From NCBI RefSeq assembly GCF_049060185.1, contig NZ_JBMEQO010000002.1: a stretch of 64,000 bases of DNA; one strand, written 5' to 3'. Origin of the DNA: Nannocystis pusilla (GTDB lineage Bacteria > Myxococcota_A > Polyangia > Nannocystales > Nannocystaceae). The position numbers were made by a program, and so were the translations under genes. Positions 12,050 to 24,070 of this stretch are shown here, one piece after another; positions within the stretch are counted from its first letter, which is position 1; each line of letters begins with the position of its first letter. The notes beneath the pieces are model-generated. The model saw nothing but the letters and a program-made list of their open reading frames with translations, had not been told where the DNA came from and did not search any database.

Positions 12050-12610
12050 TCAGCGTCGTCGTGAGCGCCGGCCGATCGCCAGGCCGAGGACGCCCAGGGC
12101 CAGCAGCGCCGGCGCGGCGTCGTCGCTCGTCCGGCAACCTTCGCAGCCCTCCTTCTTCGGCGGCGTGCCGTCGCTGCCGCCGTCGGACTCGGAGCCCTGC
12201 GAGGTGCCGGAGCCGTCGCTCGTCGACGTCGTGCCGGTCGTGTCCGACACACACAGCTTGAACGACTTGCACATCCCCGCAGCGCACGCACCGCCCTCGC
12301 CGCAGTCTCCGAGGATGTTGTCGACCGAGAAGTCGCCCCCGGTGCTGGTCCACCCGCCGCCGCACGTGATCGTGCCCGCGCAGCGCTCGACCTCCTTGCA
12401 CACCTTGCCCGAAGGACAGGTGTCGGTGCACTCGTTCGGCTCGCAGTACTCGCCCCCGTGACAGCCGTTGGGGCTCGAGCCGTCGGGGCAGCTCGGCGGC
12501 TCGGACACCGCGTCGGCGCGGGCGGTGCGGCTCGCGGCCGGGGCGAGCAGGAGCAACAGGGCCGCGGACCACCGCGCGACGGAGGCTGTCAAGGATCGGG
12601 ACAAGGTCAT
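12050..12610 (-). CDS. Secreted Cys-rich protein with a MYXO-CTERM-like C-terminal sorting tail
   Basis: The signal peptide is MTLSRSLTASVARWSAALLLLLAPAA. Cys-rich repeats follow. The C-terminus is ...GCEGCRTSDDAAPALLALGVLGLAIGRRSRRR (GC-x-C then a hydrophobic stretch then RRRR). Confidence 0.6.
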   Translation of the reverse strand: MTLSRSLTASVARWSAALLLLLAPAASRTARADAVSEPPSCPDGSSPNGCHGGEYCEPNECTDTCPSGKVCKEVERCAGTITCGGGWTSTGGDFSVDNILGDCGEGGACAAGMCKSFKLCVSDTTGTTSTSDGSGTSQGSESDGGSDGTPPKKEGCEGCRTSDDAAPALLALGVLGLAIGRRSRRR

Positions 12611-12934
12611 CGCGCGATCGTACACGCGGCAGGGCGACCCCGGCAACCGGCGCGGACGCGGACGCGCGTCCCGAACTGGGTCTTGCGGCCCGCGAGCGAG
12701 CGCGCTCGCCCCCGGCTGGCCATTGCGACATGTCGATCGAGACATTGCTCTGCCACCGATGCCCCGCGCCCTGCGATTCGCAGCATCTGTCCTTCAAGCC
12801 ATGTTCGACTTCGCCGGGTCGCCCGCGACGTGAGGCTCACGGACCCCGTAAACCGCTGCAGAACGGCGACTAAGGGCCGCAGGGCGCGCATTCGCCTGTG
12901 CTCTCGCGGCGGATCGGCGTGTTAGCGTCGACCC

Positions 12935-14367
12935 ATGACATTCGCTTCGCATCGATGGACCTTCGCGCTCCTCGTCGCCTGCGGCTGCGGCGGCGGCAGC
13001 AACGACGACGCCGGCTCGACGACCGACGGGCCGCAGACGACGACAGCCTCGACCACCACCGACGACAGCGGCCTCACGACCACCTCGACGACGGCGAGCT
13101 CGTCCGTCGGCACCGACGATTCCGCGCCGACGACCGCCGGACCGGGGACGACGACCGAGGCCACCAGCGACCCGACTGCCGCGACGACCGAGGTCGACAC
13201 CACCGGCGATCCGGTCGACCCGCCCGACCTGTGCGCCGGGTTGGTGCAGGATCTGATGGCCCGGCCGATGACCCCGCTCGCCAAGCCCGAGGTGGGCGCG
13301 ACAGTGGTCGACGCGGAGTTCGGCACGACGATCCGGCGGATCAGCGGCGTCACTGCGATGGGCGCAAATCCGGTGATCAAGCCCGCCTACAGCACGATCG
13401 CCGCGTGGAACACGGACGAGACGCGCCTCATCCTCTACGACGTGACGGAGGGCCACCTGCTCCACGACGGCAAGACTTACGAATTTCTGAAAAAACTGCC
13501 GATCGATCCGCCGGACCTCGAGCAGTTCTACTGGCACGGCTCCGACCCCAGCATCGTGATGTTCATGCACGGCAAGACGCTGGTGCGCTTCGACGTCGAC
13601 AGCGAGGTCGAGGAGCCCGTGCACACCTTCGACTTCTGCGGCGGTCCGGTCAGCGGCGGCAGCGACCCGACGTTCTCGTCGTGGGATTCGAACCGCTTCG
13701 GCCTCATCTGCGACGATCAGGTGTTCGTCTACGACGTCGCCACCGACGCGGTGCTCGGGCAGGTCACGCTCGACGAGAACCCGGCCCAGATCGGGCCCAG
13801 CGGCTCCCTGGCGTACCTGAGCGACACCGGCCGGGTCGTCGATCCTGCGCTCGACGTGCTGCGCACCCTCGATCTGCTCGAGCCGTGGGGCCACGCCTCG
13901 CTCGGCATGCTGGCGAACGGCCACGACACCTGGAACGGCTTCGTCTACGACCCGGGCCCCGGCGGCAACGACGACATCGGTGCCCTCGTCACCTGGGACC
14001 TCACCGACGCGACCTCGCGGGTGATCATCGGCCCCAAGACGGGCTACCCATATCCGCCGGCCGGCCACATCTCGGCGCTGGCGATCCACCGGCCCGGCTG
14101 GGTCGTCGTGTCGACCATCGGCGATCCTTCCGGCCAGGGGCTCCTCGACCAGGAGCTGCTGCTGGCCGACACGAACACCGGCCAGGTGTGCCGCGTGGGC
14201 CGGCATCGCAGCTGGGGCAGAACAACACCAACCTCGGCGAGCCGTACTGGGCCGCGCCGACCGCCGTCCCCAGCCCGAGCGGCACGCGGATCCTGTTCGG
14301 CAGCGACTGGGGCGGCGGCGAGACCGTCGACGCCTACGTGGTCGAGCTGCCGAGCTACACGCCCTGA
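12935..14367 (+). CDS. Hypothetical lipoprotein (beta-propeller-like). It has one frame switch near 14200.
   Basis: The lipobox is LLVACGCGGG, followed by a Thr-rich linker and a globular domain. The C-terminus ...FGSDWGGGETVDAYVVELPSYTP is in a second frame. Confidence 0.6.
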
Positions 14368-14370
14368 GCA

Positions 14371-14466
14371 GAATATGTCCCTGAGGACAGCCGAGAGCTC
14401 GGTAAATGTCCTCGGGGACATATCACTGTTCGCCCGGCGTCACGAAATCGCCTGTCCTCGAAGACA
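14371..14466. repeat. Three palindrome units (two perfect TGTCC-N4-GGACA) in the convergent intergenic region
   Basis: The units are TGTCCCTGAGGACA at 14376-14389, TGTCCTCGGGGACA at 14407-14420 and TGTCCTCGAAGACA at 14453-14466. The first overlaps the stop codon of the upstream gene. Confidence 0.8.
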
Positions 14467-14490
14467 GGCGACCCTCCTCGCCACCTCCGC

Positions 14491-15217
14491 TCAGCGTGGC
14501 CCGTAGATCACGTCGGAGCGGACCGCATACTTCACGCCCGCCGTCACCTCCGCGCCCTCGTGGAGCAGCAGGTGGTCGAACACCACCGCGCCGCCGACGG
14601 GGGCTTCAACGCGAACCTCACCTTGTTGTCGAACTTGCGCCCGCGGCCCTGGCCGCGGCGCTGCGACTTGTCTTTCTCCTCGAAAAGCGGGTCGTGCCGC
14701 CCTCGAACTCGGCGTTGAGGAAGATGACCAGCGACTCGCGCGTCTCGCCGAGCGGCACCGCAGTGCGGACGTCGACGTGAGGCGAGAAGCGCATCCCGAC
14801 CTCGTAGCGGTACACGCGGAAGCGGAAGTTGAGCCCGCGCAGCGGCGTGCCCTCGTGCTGCGGACCTACGACCCCGCGGATCCGCTGCCACAGCCCCTCC
14901 GCCAGCTCGGGCGCGTCGAACACCACCCGCAGGTTGTTGCGGGCCGCCAGGTTGACCCGGTACGTGTCGTCGCCGATCGCCAGGCCCGCGTGGGTGAAGC
15001 CGATCGCCTCCGCCGCCGCGATGAGTCGCTTGCACTCTTTCGGAGACATCACCCCGTGGAGCACATGCACCCCTGGCGCCACCTCTTCGCGGCGGGCGGT
15101 CGCCTCGCGGTCCGCCTCCAGCACGGTCTCCGTCAGCGCGTGGGCCGCCGCGTGGAACGTCGCCTCGCGGCGGAACGACTCGTGCTCGCGGCTCCGCATC
15201 CCCTTGCCTCGGCTCAC
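14491..15217 (-). CDS. 2OG-Fe(II) oxygenase superfamily protein (prolyl-4-hydroxylase-like). It has two frame switches.
   Basis: The sequence reads ...FRVYRYEVGMRFSPHVDV...LVIFLNAEFEGGTTRF... and the C-terminus is GGAVVFDHLLLHEGAEVTAGVKYAVRSDVIYGPR. This gives the HxD...H triad and the 2OG-binding Arg, recovered from three frames. Confidence 0.6.
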
Positions 15218-15383
15218 GGTCCTCCTTTTATCACGCCATCATGCGGCGCTCCGCGGTGCGGACATTCGACCGCCCTGCGCCGCTCGCGCAGATCCGCGAA
15301 CGGCTCAAACTGCCTCCAGCCCGTCGCCTGCACGGACTTTTCCTGAGCTTGCTCAGCATATCGGCCTCGGCTAGTGTCGTCTC

Positions 15384-17294
15384 GTGGCCAACTACTTCGA
15401 CGACAACGAAGACCTCCAGTTCTACATGGATCGCGGCCTCGACTGGGCGCCGATCGTCGGGCTCGTCGAGCAGGACTTCCGCATCCCCGGCGGTTACGCC
15501 TCGTTGGACGAGGCGCGGGCCGCCTACCGCGACATCCTCGGCATGGTCGGTGAGTTCGCCGCCGAGCAGATTGCGCCGAAGTCGATGGCCATCGACGCGA
15601 AGGGCGTCCACCTGAAGGACGGCGAGGGCCACCTCGCGCCCGAGACCGACGCCCTGTTCGAGCAGATCAAGGGCCTCGACCTCCACGGCCTGGCCCTCCC
15701 GCGCGAGCTCGGCGGCATCGGCTGCCCCGCGGTCGTCCACTTCATGGTGTGCGAGCTGATGGCGCGGGCCGACAACGTCGTCATGACGCACTACAACTTC
15801 TACAGCGGCATCGCCCTGATGCTCCTGCTGTACTCGGTGCACGAGGGCTCCACCACCTTCGACCGCGAGCAGCGGGTCATCACCGGCACGCGCTTTCAGC
15901 CCGAGATCGCCGAGATCCTGCGCGGCGACGCGTGGGGCAGCATGGACATCACCGAGCCCGACGCCGGCAGCGACATGGCCGCGCTCAAGGCCCGCGCCGA
16001 GCAGGACGAAGAGGGCAACTGGTTCATCACCGGCCAGAAGATCTTCTTGACCTCCGGCCACGGCAAGCACCACATCGTCATCGCCCGCACCGAGCCCGAC
16101 AAGCCCGGCCTCGGCGGCCTGTCGCTGTTCCACGTCCCGGCCTACGAGGACATGCCCGACGGCTCGCGGCGCCGGATCGCCGTGATCGACCGCCTCGAGG
16201 AGAAGCTCGGCCACCACGGCTCGGCCACCGCCGCAGTCAGCTTCGATCGCGCCCCGGGCCGCCTGATCGGCAAGCGCGGCGAAGGCTTCCAGCTCATGTT
16301 GCTGCTGATGAACAACGCCCGCGTCGGCGTCGGCTTCGAGTCGATCGGCGCCTGCGAGGCCGCCTACCGCAAGGCCAAGGCCTACGCGGCCGAGCGCCGC
16401 AGCATGGGCAAGTCGATCGATCGCCACGAGATGATCGCCGACTTCCTCGACGAGATGCAGACCGAGATCCTCGGCCTGCGCGCGCTCGCCATGCAGTGCG
16501 CCTACCACGAGGAGCTGCATCAGCGCACCAAGATGCAGGGCGTGCTCGACACCGACCCCGACAGCATCGAGCGGGCGCGCGTGCTCAAGCAGGCCAAGCG
16601 CCACGCCAACCGGGCTCGCCGGCTCACCCCGCTGCTCAAGTACATCGCCAGCGAGAAGGCCGTCGAGATGTCGCGCAAGTGCATCCAGATCCTCGGCGGC
16701 GCCGGCTACGTCCGCGAGTACGGGGCCGAGAAGCTGCTGCGCGACGCCATGGTCCTGCCGATCTACGAGGGCACCAGCCAGATCCAGTCGCTCATGGCGA
16801 TGAAGGACGCGATGAGCGGCATCATGCGCAACCCGCAGCGCTTCCTCACCCGCGTGGCGCAGGCCCGCTGGCGCAGCCTCTCGGCCCTCGACGCGCTCGA
16901 GCGCCGCGTCGCTCGCCTCACCTCGCTGACGCTCGCCGCCCAGCAGCACCTGATCCAGCGCACCGCGGCCGACAAGCTGCGCGGCCTCGGCAAGCACAAG
17001 ATCACCGAGTGGTCCAAGGAGTTCTTCCAGAACTGGGACCCCAAGCGCGACTTCTCCTACGCGATGCTGCACGCCGAGCGTCTGACGCGCCTGATGGCCG
17101 ACACCGCGATCGTCGAGATCCTCCTCGAGCAGTCGCGCAAGCACCCGGAGCGCCGCAGCATCCTCGAGCGCTGGCTCGAGCGCGCCGAACCGCGCTGCAA
17201 CGCCCTCTACGAGGAGATCACGACCCGCGGCGACCGCCTGCTGGCCCAGCTGCGTGACCAGCAGCAGGAGGACGAGGCCGCCTCGGGCCGCTGA
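15384..17294 (+). CDS. Long-type acyl-CoA dehydrogenase (FadE-like, 636 aa)
   Basis: An intact frame starting at GTG. The ACAD N-terminal, middle and C-terminal domains are present (…[12 protein letters not shown]…, YEGTSQIQ…) plus a C-terminal extension. Confidence 0.9.
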   Translation: MANYFDDNEDLQFYMDRGLDWAPIVGLVEQDFRIPGGYASLDEARAAYRDILGMVGEFAAEQIAPKSMAIDAKGVHLKDGEGHLAPETDALFEQIKGLDLHGLALPRELGGIGCPAVVHFMVCELMARADNVVMTHYNFYSGIALMLLLYSVHEGSTTFDREQRVITGTRFQPEIAEILRGDAWGSMDITEPDAGSDMAALKARAEQDEEGNWFITGQKIFLTSGHGKHHIVIARTEPDKPGLGGLSLFHVPAYEDMPDGSRRRIAVIDRLEEKLGHHGSATAAVSFDRAPGRLIGKRGEGFQLMLLLMNNARVGVGFESIGACEAAYRKAKAYAAERRSMGKSIDRHEMIADFLDEMQTEILGLRALAMQCAYHEELHQRTKMQGVLDTDPDSIERARVLKQAKRHANRARRLTPLLKYIASEKAVEMSRKCIQILGGAGYVREYGAEKLLRDAMVLPIYEGTSQIQSLMAMKDAMSGIMRNPQRFLTRVAQARWRSLSALDALERRVARLTSLTLAAQQHLIQRTAADKLRGLGKHKITEWSKEFFQNWDPKRDFSYAMLHAERLTRLMADTAIVEILLEQSRKHPERRSILERWLERAEPRCNALYEEITTRGDRLLAQLRDQQQEDEAASGR

Positions 17295-17742
17295 GCCCCG
17301 CGCTCCTGCCGGCGCCGGCCGGCCTGCCGCGAGCAGGCCGCGCCGGCGCGCGCATTCGGGCCAGCGGCCGCGAGATCGGGTACCGTCCGGCCCCCATGGC
17401 CGCCCGCTCCCGATCTGCCGCCGAGCCGCGCCCGCGACCGCCCGCCGCGGACGGGCGCGCAAGGCCACCACGGACGAGCCTGGGGCACCCGCCGAGTCGC
17501 GCCGAGCCGTGGCGCGGCCCCGTCCGACCAGCGGTAGCGAGCGGACCCGAGAGGTCCCTGCGGACGAGCCGCAGCCTGCGACCACCCGGCGCATGCGGAC
17601 CCGTGAGACCTCAGGCGCCGAGCCACGCCGAGCCGCGCGGTCGAGCGTGCGTGAAGCCGCGCCCGCCAAGTCGCGCCCTGCCGCGCCGAAGAAAGAACAT
17701 ACCCCCGAGGTCGCGCCCACCGAGCCGCGACCTGCCCGCCGC

Positions 17743-18831
17743 GTGCAGGGCGGGGTGGCCACCGCCGACGTGGTCGTGTCCGCTCGGGTCGGCGACAACG
17801 CCGAGCTGTTCGCCCAGATCCTCGAGTTACATGTCCCGAAGGGCAGCACCGTCGCCGACGTCACTTACGGCCTCGGCGTGTTCTGGCGCCGCGTCCCCGA
17901 CGGGGTCTACACCCTGCTCGCCAGCGACATCGCCCTCAAGCCGGACGTCCCCGCGCGCGCCGGCGCGAAGCTGACGAGCGGCGTCGACTGCCGCGCCTTG
18001 CCGTACGCCGACGCGAGCCTCGACTGCGTCGTCCTCGACCCGCCGTACATGGAGGGCATGTACCGCCGCAGCGTCGACCACATGGCCGGCTCCGGCACCC
18101 ACGCCGCGTTCCGTCGCGCCTATTCGGCCGCCGCCGTCACCGAATCGGGCCCCAAGTGGCACGACGCAGTCGTCGACCTCTACGAAAAGGCCTGCCGCGA
18201 GGCCGCGCGCGTGCTCGTGCCGGGCGGCGTCCTGATCGTCAAGTGCCAGGACGAGGTCAGCGCCAACAAGCAGCGCCTCACCCACGTCGAGCTGATCACG
18301 GGCGGCGAGTCGCTCGGCCTCTACTGCAAGGACCTGTTCGTGCTCGTGCGCCCCAACAGCCCCGGGGTCAGCCGGCTCAAGGCCCAGGTCCACGCGCGCA
18401 AGAACCACTCCTACTTCCTCGTGTTCGAGAAGCGGCGCGTGGCGATCCGCAGCATCCGCGACTTCGCGGCCGGCGTCGACATGTCCGCAAGGACTGCCAC
18501 GGTCAGCCCCGAGAAACTGACCGAAGAGACAGGCACGGACCCGAGCAAGAAACAGCACAAAGTCGCCACCAAGCGCGCTACTGGCGATGGTCTGTCCTCC
18601 AGGACAGGCCCGTCGAAGGAGGCGCCGGCCGAGCCCGCGGCGGAGACCCTCGCGCAAGCCAGGGCCTCGAGCATGCGAGGGAACGCGAAGCCCGCCCAAG
18701 CGGAGATGTCCCAAAACCAGGTGCACCGGCACCTGCGACCCTACGCAGCGATCCGAGCGAGGCGCCCGCCATGGCTCATAGGTCCGTCGAGACAGGTGCA
18801 CACCAGGCCGAGCGACCACCGAGCACACTGA
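17743..18831 (+). CDS. Small DNA methyltransferase (N6_N4_Mtase family, DPPY motif). The ORF stays open through a motif-rich lower-GC tail, which may not be coding.
   Basis: The catalytic motif IV is in typical context: [17 protein letters not shown]. Downstream are LVPGGVLIV and the family-typical C-terminal HSYFLVFEK. The catalytic domain spans about 17743-18450. The frame then continues another ~130 codons through 6 or more palindrome units. Confidence 0.55.
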   Translation: MQGGVATADVVVSARVGDNAELFAQILELHVPKGSTVADVTYGLGVFWRRVPDGVYTLLASDIALKPDVPARAGAKLTSGVDCRALPYADASLDCVVLDPPYMEGMYRRSVDHMAGSGTHAAFRRAYSAAAVTESGPKWHDAVVDLYEKACREAARVLVPGGVLIVKCQDEVSANKQRLTHVELITGGESLGLYCKDLFVLVRPNSPGVSRLKAQVHARKNHSYFLVFEKRRVAIRSIRDFAAGVDMSARTATVSPEKLTEETGTDPSKKQHKVATKRATGDGLSSRTGPSKEAPAEPAAETLAQARASSMRGNAKPAQAEMSQNQVHRHLRPYAAIRARRPPWLIGPSRQVHTRPSDHRAH

Positions 18832-18870
18832 CGACTCGAGCTGTCACCGTCGATCTGTCCCTCGAGACAG
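18481..18870. repeat. Palindrome-unit-dense, lower-GC segment immediately 3' of the methyltransferase domain
   Basis: The units include ACATGTCCGCAAGGACTG, GAGACAGG, TCTGTCCTCCAGGACAGG (perfect), GATGTCCCAAAACC, GAGACAGG and TCTGTCCCTCGAGACAGC. Confidence 0.7.
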
Positions 18871-19034
18871 CCCCCGCAGCTCATCCCTCTCAACCCCTTC
18901 GTCTCAGCTGCCGCTCCTCGACCTGTCCCAAGCGCCAGCCCCCGAATCCTCCCCTGGCCGACCTCGCCGCCGCGCCGCCAAGGCGGGGCAGGGGGTGGCG
19001 GTTGAGGCGCCGGGAGTCGGGCGCGAGGGCCGCG

Positions 19035-19051
19035 CTTGCCATTTTGGCAAG
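19035..19051. promoter_or_regulatory. Perfect 7-bp inverted repeat CTTGCCA-TTT-TGGCAAG, a candidate enhancer/UAS for the downstream sigma54 activator
   Basis: An exact palindrome about 45 bp upstream of the sigma54-like -24/-12 element. NtrC-family proteins bind palindromes of this size. Confidence 0.35.
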
Positions 19052-19093
19052 CCGCCTCGGACGGCCTGACAATTGCGCGTGACACTCTCGTTC

Positions 19094-19109
19094 TGGCTCC
19101 AGGAGTTGC
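19094..19109 (+). promoter_or_regulatory. Candidate sigma54 (-24/-12) promoter TGGCTC-N6-TTGC
   Basis: TGGCTCCAGGAGTTGC matches the TGGCAC-N5-TTGC consensus with the conserved GG and GC. The spacer is one nt longer than canonical, which is possibly an indel given the quality of this sequence. It lies ~65 nt upstream of the NtrC-like gene. Confidence 0.35.
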
Positions 19110-19174
19110 CTTAGAATCATTCGCTTTTCACCGAGGACCCCGGCTTGCACACCGCGGGTTCGACTCGAGCGCCC

Positions 19175-20580
<1,406 letters not shown>

Positions 20581-20589
20581 CGGAGAGCG

Positions 20590-21643
20590 ATGGAAGCCGT
20601 CTTCAAGCAGCACTTCTGGGTCGTCAAGGCGCTGGGCCTCAGCGTCGCCGCTGCGTTCGCCGCCTCGGCGTTCACCACCTGGCTCGGCACCTCGTACATC
20701 TACGAGACCCCGACCGACGAGGCCGAGGCGACCGGCACCGACACCGACGGCGCCAAGGAAGAGGAAGAGGACGAGGAGGACAAGCCGATCATCAACCCGC
20801 GGCTGATGTCGAGCCCCTCGCGCGGACCCTCCGCGGCCGATCGCAACAAGGTCACGCAGACCATCCTCTCGCTCAACCTGTTCTGCCCGACCTGCACCAA
20901 GGTCATCACGCCCGAGACCGGCCCCGGCGGCCCGCGGTCGCGCCCGACCTCGGCCCCGGCGAGCTGCCGCAGGTGGCAGGCGGCAAGCAGCCCGGCGAGG
21001 GCCCGTGCACGCAGCCGCTGCGGCTCATCGCCACGATGGAGACCAACATGCCCGAGTACTCGTGGGCGACCATCCGCGACGAGGAGGACGGCAGCGTCGG
21101 TCCGTACTGGCCCGGCGATCGGATCCGGACCGGCGTCTACCTCGTCAGCGTCGAGCGCAGCCTCGTCCACGTCAAGAACGGCGGCGCGCTCGAGTACATC
21201 GAGCTCGGCGTCGAGCCGCCGAAGCCCTCGGCCAAGCCCGTCCAGGTGGCCGAGAAGAAGGAAGACGCGCCGCCGGCGGCGGGCGCCATCCCCGGGGCCG
21301 AGGACGCGATCAAGTGCGAGAGCGAGAACTCGTGCACCGTCGATCGCATGTTCATCGACAGCCTGTTCGCCAACCCGGCCGCGCTGACCAAGCAGGCGCG
21401 GGTGATGCCGTCGATCAAGGACGGCGAGACCAAGGGCTTCAAGTTCTACGGGATCCGCCCGGGCAGCCTGCCCAAGCTGCTCGGTATGAAGAACGGCGAC
21501 CTCCTCACCTCGGTCAACGGCATCGAGCTGAAGTCGGTCGACCAGGTCATGGGCCTTTGACCAAGATGCGCAGCGCCAGCAACCTTCAGGTCACGATTGA
21601 GCGCAAGGGCGAGTCGATCACCAAGGACATCACGATCCAATGA
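20590..21643 (+). CDS. gspC: Type II secretion system protein C (GspC). It is frameshifted.
   Basis: An N-terminal TM segment (VVKALGLSVAAAFAASAF) and a C-terminal PDZ domain (IRPGSLPKLLGMKNGDLLTSVNGIELKSVDQ...LQVTIERKGESITKDITIQ). It sits directly upstream of gspD with an ATGA overlap. Confidence 0.7.
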
Positions 21644-24051
21644 TTGCGCGTAGCAACCCCGTCCGCCCGACTGCACTGGGCCTCGCTCTCTCGGTCTGGC
21701 CGCTCTGACGCTCGGCCCGACCACCGTCTCCGCGTCCGCGCAGGATCCGACCACCGGCAGCCGTGGTGGCGAGCTGATCGGCGACGAGGGCGGCGGTACG
21801 CCCGGCGGCGGCCCGATCCCGTTCAACACGTGCAAGAAGACCCCGCGCGGGGCCAAGTTCACGATCACGTTGCCGAAGGAGACCGAGCTCGAGGACCTCG
21901 TCAACTGGATCATGTCGATCACGTGTCAGAAGTTCATCTGGGACCGCAAGGTGCGGTCCGGCAAGGTGACGATCCTGTCGCCCGAGCCGGTCACGGCCGA
22001 GGAGGCCTACGCGGCCTTCTACGCCGCGCTCGAGACGATGGGCCTGACGGTGGAGCCCTCGGGTCGCTACTTCAAGATCGTCGAGACCACCGACGCCAAG
22101 AACCGCACGCTGCCGACCTACGGCGACGACGCCGACGCGCCCAACAGCGACCGCTTCGTCACCAAGCTGATGCGCGTCAAGCACGGCAACAGCAAGGAGA
22201 TCAGCGACGTCCTCGGCCAGCTCAAGAGCAAGTCGGGCAGCGTCGACCTGGTCGGCAACCTCCTCATCATCACCGACAAGGGGTCGATGGTGCGGCGGCT
22301 CGAGACCTTCGCCGCCGAGCTCGATCAGCCGATGGGCAGCGAGAAGATCTTCTTCTACCAGCTGCAGTACGCCAACGCCGAGGAGGTCGCGCAGATCATC
22401 CGTGACATCTTCGGCGAGGCCAAGGCCAGCGGCGGCGGCGGCGGCGGCGGCGGAGCCACGGGCGGCCGCGCGGGTCGACGGGCCAGCGGCGGCGGGGGCG
22501 GCGGGGCTTCGGCCGAGTCTGCGATCAGCCGCGTGATCGTCGACGAGCGCAGCAGCACCCTCATCATCGTCACCACCGAGTCCGACTACATCGTCATCCG
22601 CAAGCTGATCGAGCGCCTCGACGTCAAGCTGCCCGGCGGCGGCGGCCGGATCCACGTTTACAAGCTCAAGAACGCCGACGCCACCGAGGTCGCGCAGGTC
22701 CTCTCGCAGCTGGCCACCGGCGCCAAGCAGGCCGCCCAGGCCTCGGCGCAGGGCGGGCAGAAGCCGCCCGCGGGCAACCCGGTCAGCGCCGACTTGTTCT
22801 CCGGCGACGTCAAGGTCACGCCCGACCCGGCGACGCGCTCGCTCGTCATCATCGCCTCGGCGGCCGACTACAAGAACTTGGAGCCGGTGATCGAGAAGCT
22901 CGACCGCGAGCGGCGCCAGCTCTACATCGAGATCTACATGCTCGAGGTGAGCATCAAGCACAACACCGACGCCGGCGCGGGCGGCCACTTCGGCTACCCG
23001 ATCAGCACCGAGCTCGGCGGCACCGCCGGCACCGCCATCGGCATGGTGGGCAGCGCGCCGACGCCCGCGCTCAACTCGCTGCTGCTCTCGCCCGACTCGC
23101 TGAAGAACTTCACCCTCGGCCTCATCGGCCCCCCGCTGCTCAACTCCGGCACCATCCTCGGCACCGGCCGCGACGTGCCGGCCTTCGGCGCCATCATCCA
23201 GGCGCTGCAGAGCAACAGCGACGTCAACGTCGTCAGCGAGCCGCACATGTACGCGGCCGACAATCAGGAGGCCACCATCGAGGTCGGCCGCAACGTCCCG
23301 ACCCCGGGCGCCCTGTCCTTCGGGGCAGGTGGCGGCGGCGGCACCGGCCTGGTCCCGCTGCAGTCGGTCGAGCGCCAGGACGTCACCCTGCGCATCAAGG
23401 TCAAGCCCTACATCAACGACGAGCGCAACGTGACGATGGACGTCGAGGTCGAGGACCGCGACATCACCGAGAAGGACCCGGTGCTCGGCGTCACCACCAC
23501 CAAGCGGCGCATCAAGCTCGACAAGATCGTCGGCCGCGACGGCCAGCCGGTCGTGCTCGGCGGCCTCATCCGTGACCGCGAGAGCGAGAACGTCAAGCAG
23601 GTCCCCGGCCTCGGCTCGATCCCGCTCCTCGGCTGGCTCTTCAAGAACCGGGTCAAGGAGAAGGAGAAGATCAACCTCCTCCTCGTCATGGTCCCGCACA
23701 TCATCGACAGCCCCGACGACGTGCGCCGGATCCACGAGCGGCGCGACAAGGAGCGGCTCGAGTTCATCGAGCGCGAGACCAACTTCCGCAAGCGCGAGCT
23801 CAAGAGCAACATCAACTACCGCAAGAAGTCCGGCATCTTGGCCGCGATCGACAAGGAGGCCCGGCGCATGGAGCAGGAGGAGCTGCTGCTGCGTCGCGCC
23901 GAGGAGGAGATGCGGCGCGAGATCATCACCGGCGAGCTCGGCCTCAGCCCGCGCTCCGCGGTCGACGACAACGTCGGCGGCGACGGCGGGCGGCGGCGCG
24001 CCGCCCGCGGCCACGGTGAACCCGGCGCCGGTGATCCGGCGCGAGCCCTGA
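21640..24051 (+). CDS. gspD: Type II secretion system secretin GspD. It has a frame switch near the N-terminus and another at the C-terminus.
   Basis: N0/N1-type domains are present (FTITLPKETELEDLVNWIMSITCQKFIW... and RVKHGNSKEIS...). The secretin core reads VNVVSEPHMYAADNQEATIEVGRNVP...PGLGSIPLLGWLFKN. Confidence 0.85.
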
Positions 24052-24070
24052 AGCTATCCTGTCGTCTGAG

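Noticed and set aside
17254-17742. The 5' extension of the methyltransferase ORF back to 17254 (R/P-rich, ~160 aa)
   Set aside because: The composition is typical of a wrong-frame or non-coding translation. No motif is present. The methyltransferase family signature begins near 17750.
15231-17864. An 877-aa reverse-strand ORF and other very long ORFs: 12794-14206 (-), 21630-24014 (-), 23816-27187 (-), 47752-49677 (-), 9290-10702 (-), 53351-56815 (+), 283-1998 N-terminal part
   Set aside because: They are antisense or out-of-frame shadows of well-supported genes. Their translations are Arg/Gly/Ala-rich with no family signatures, as expected for non-coding frames at ~70% GC.
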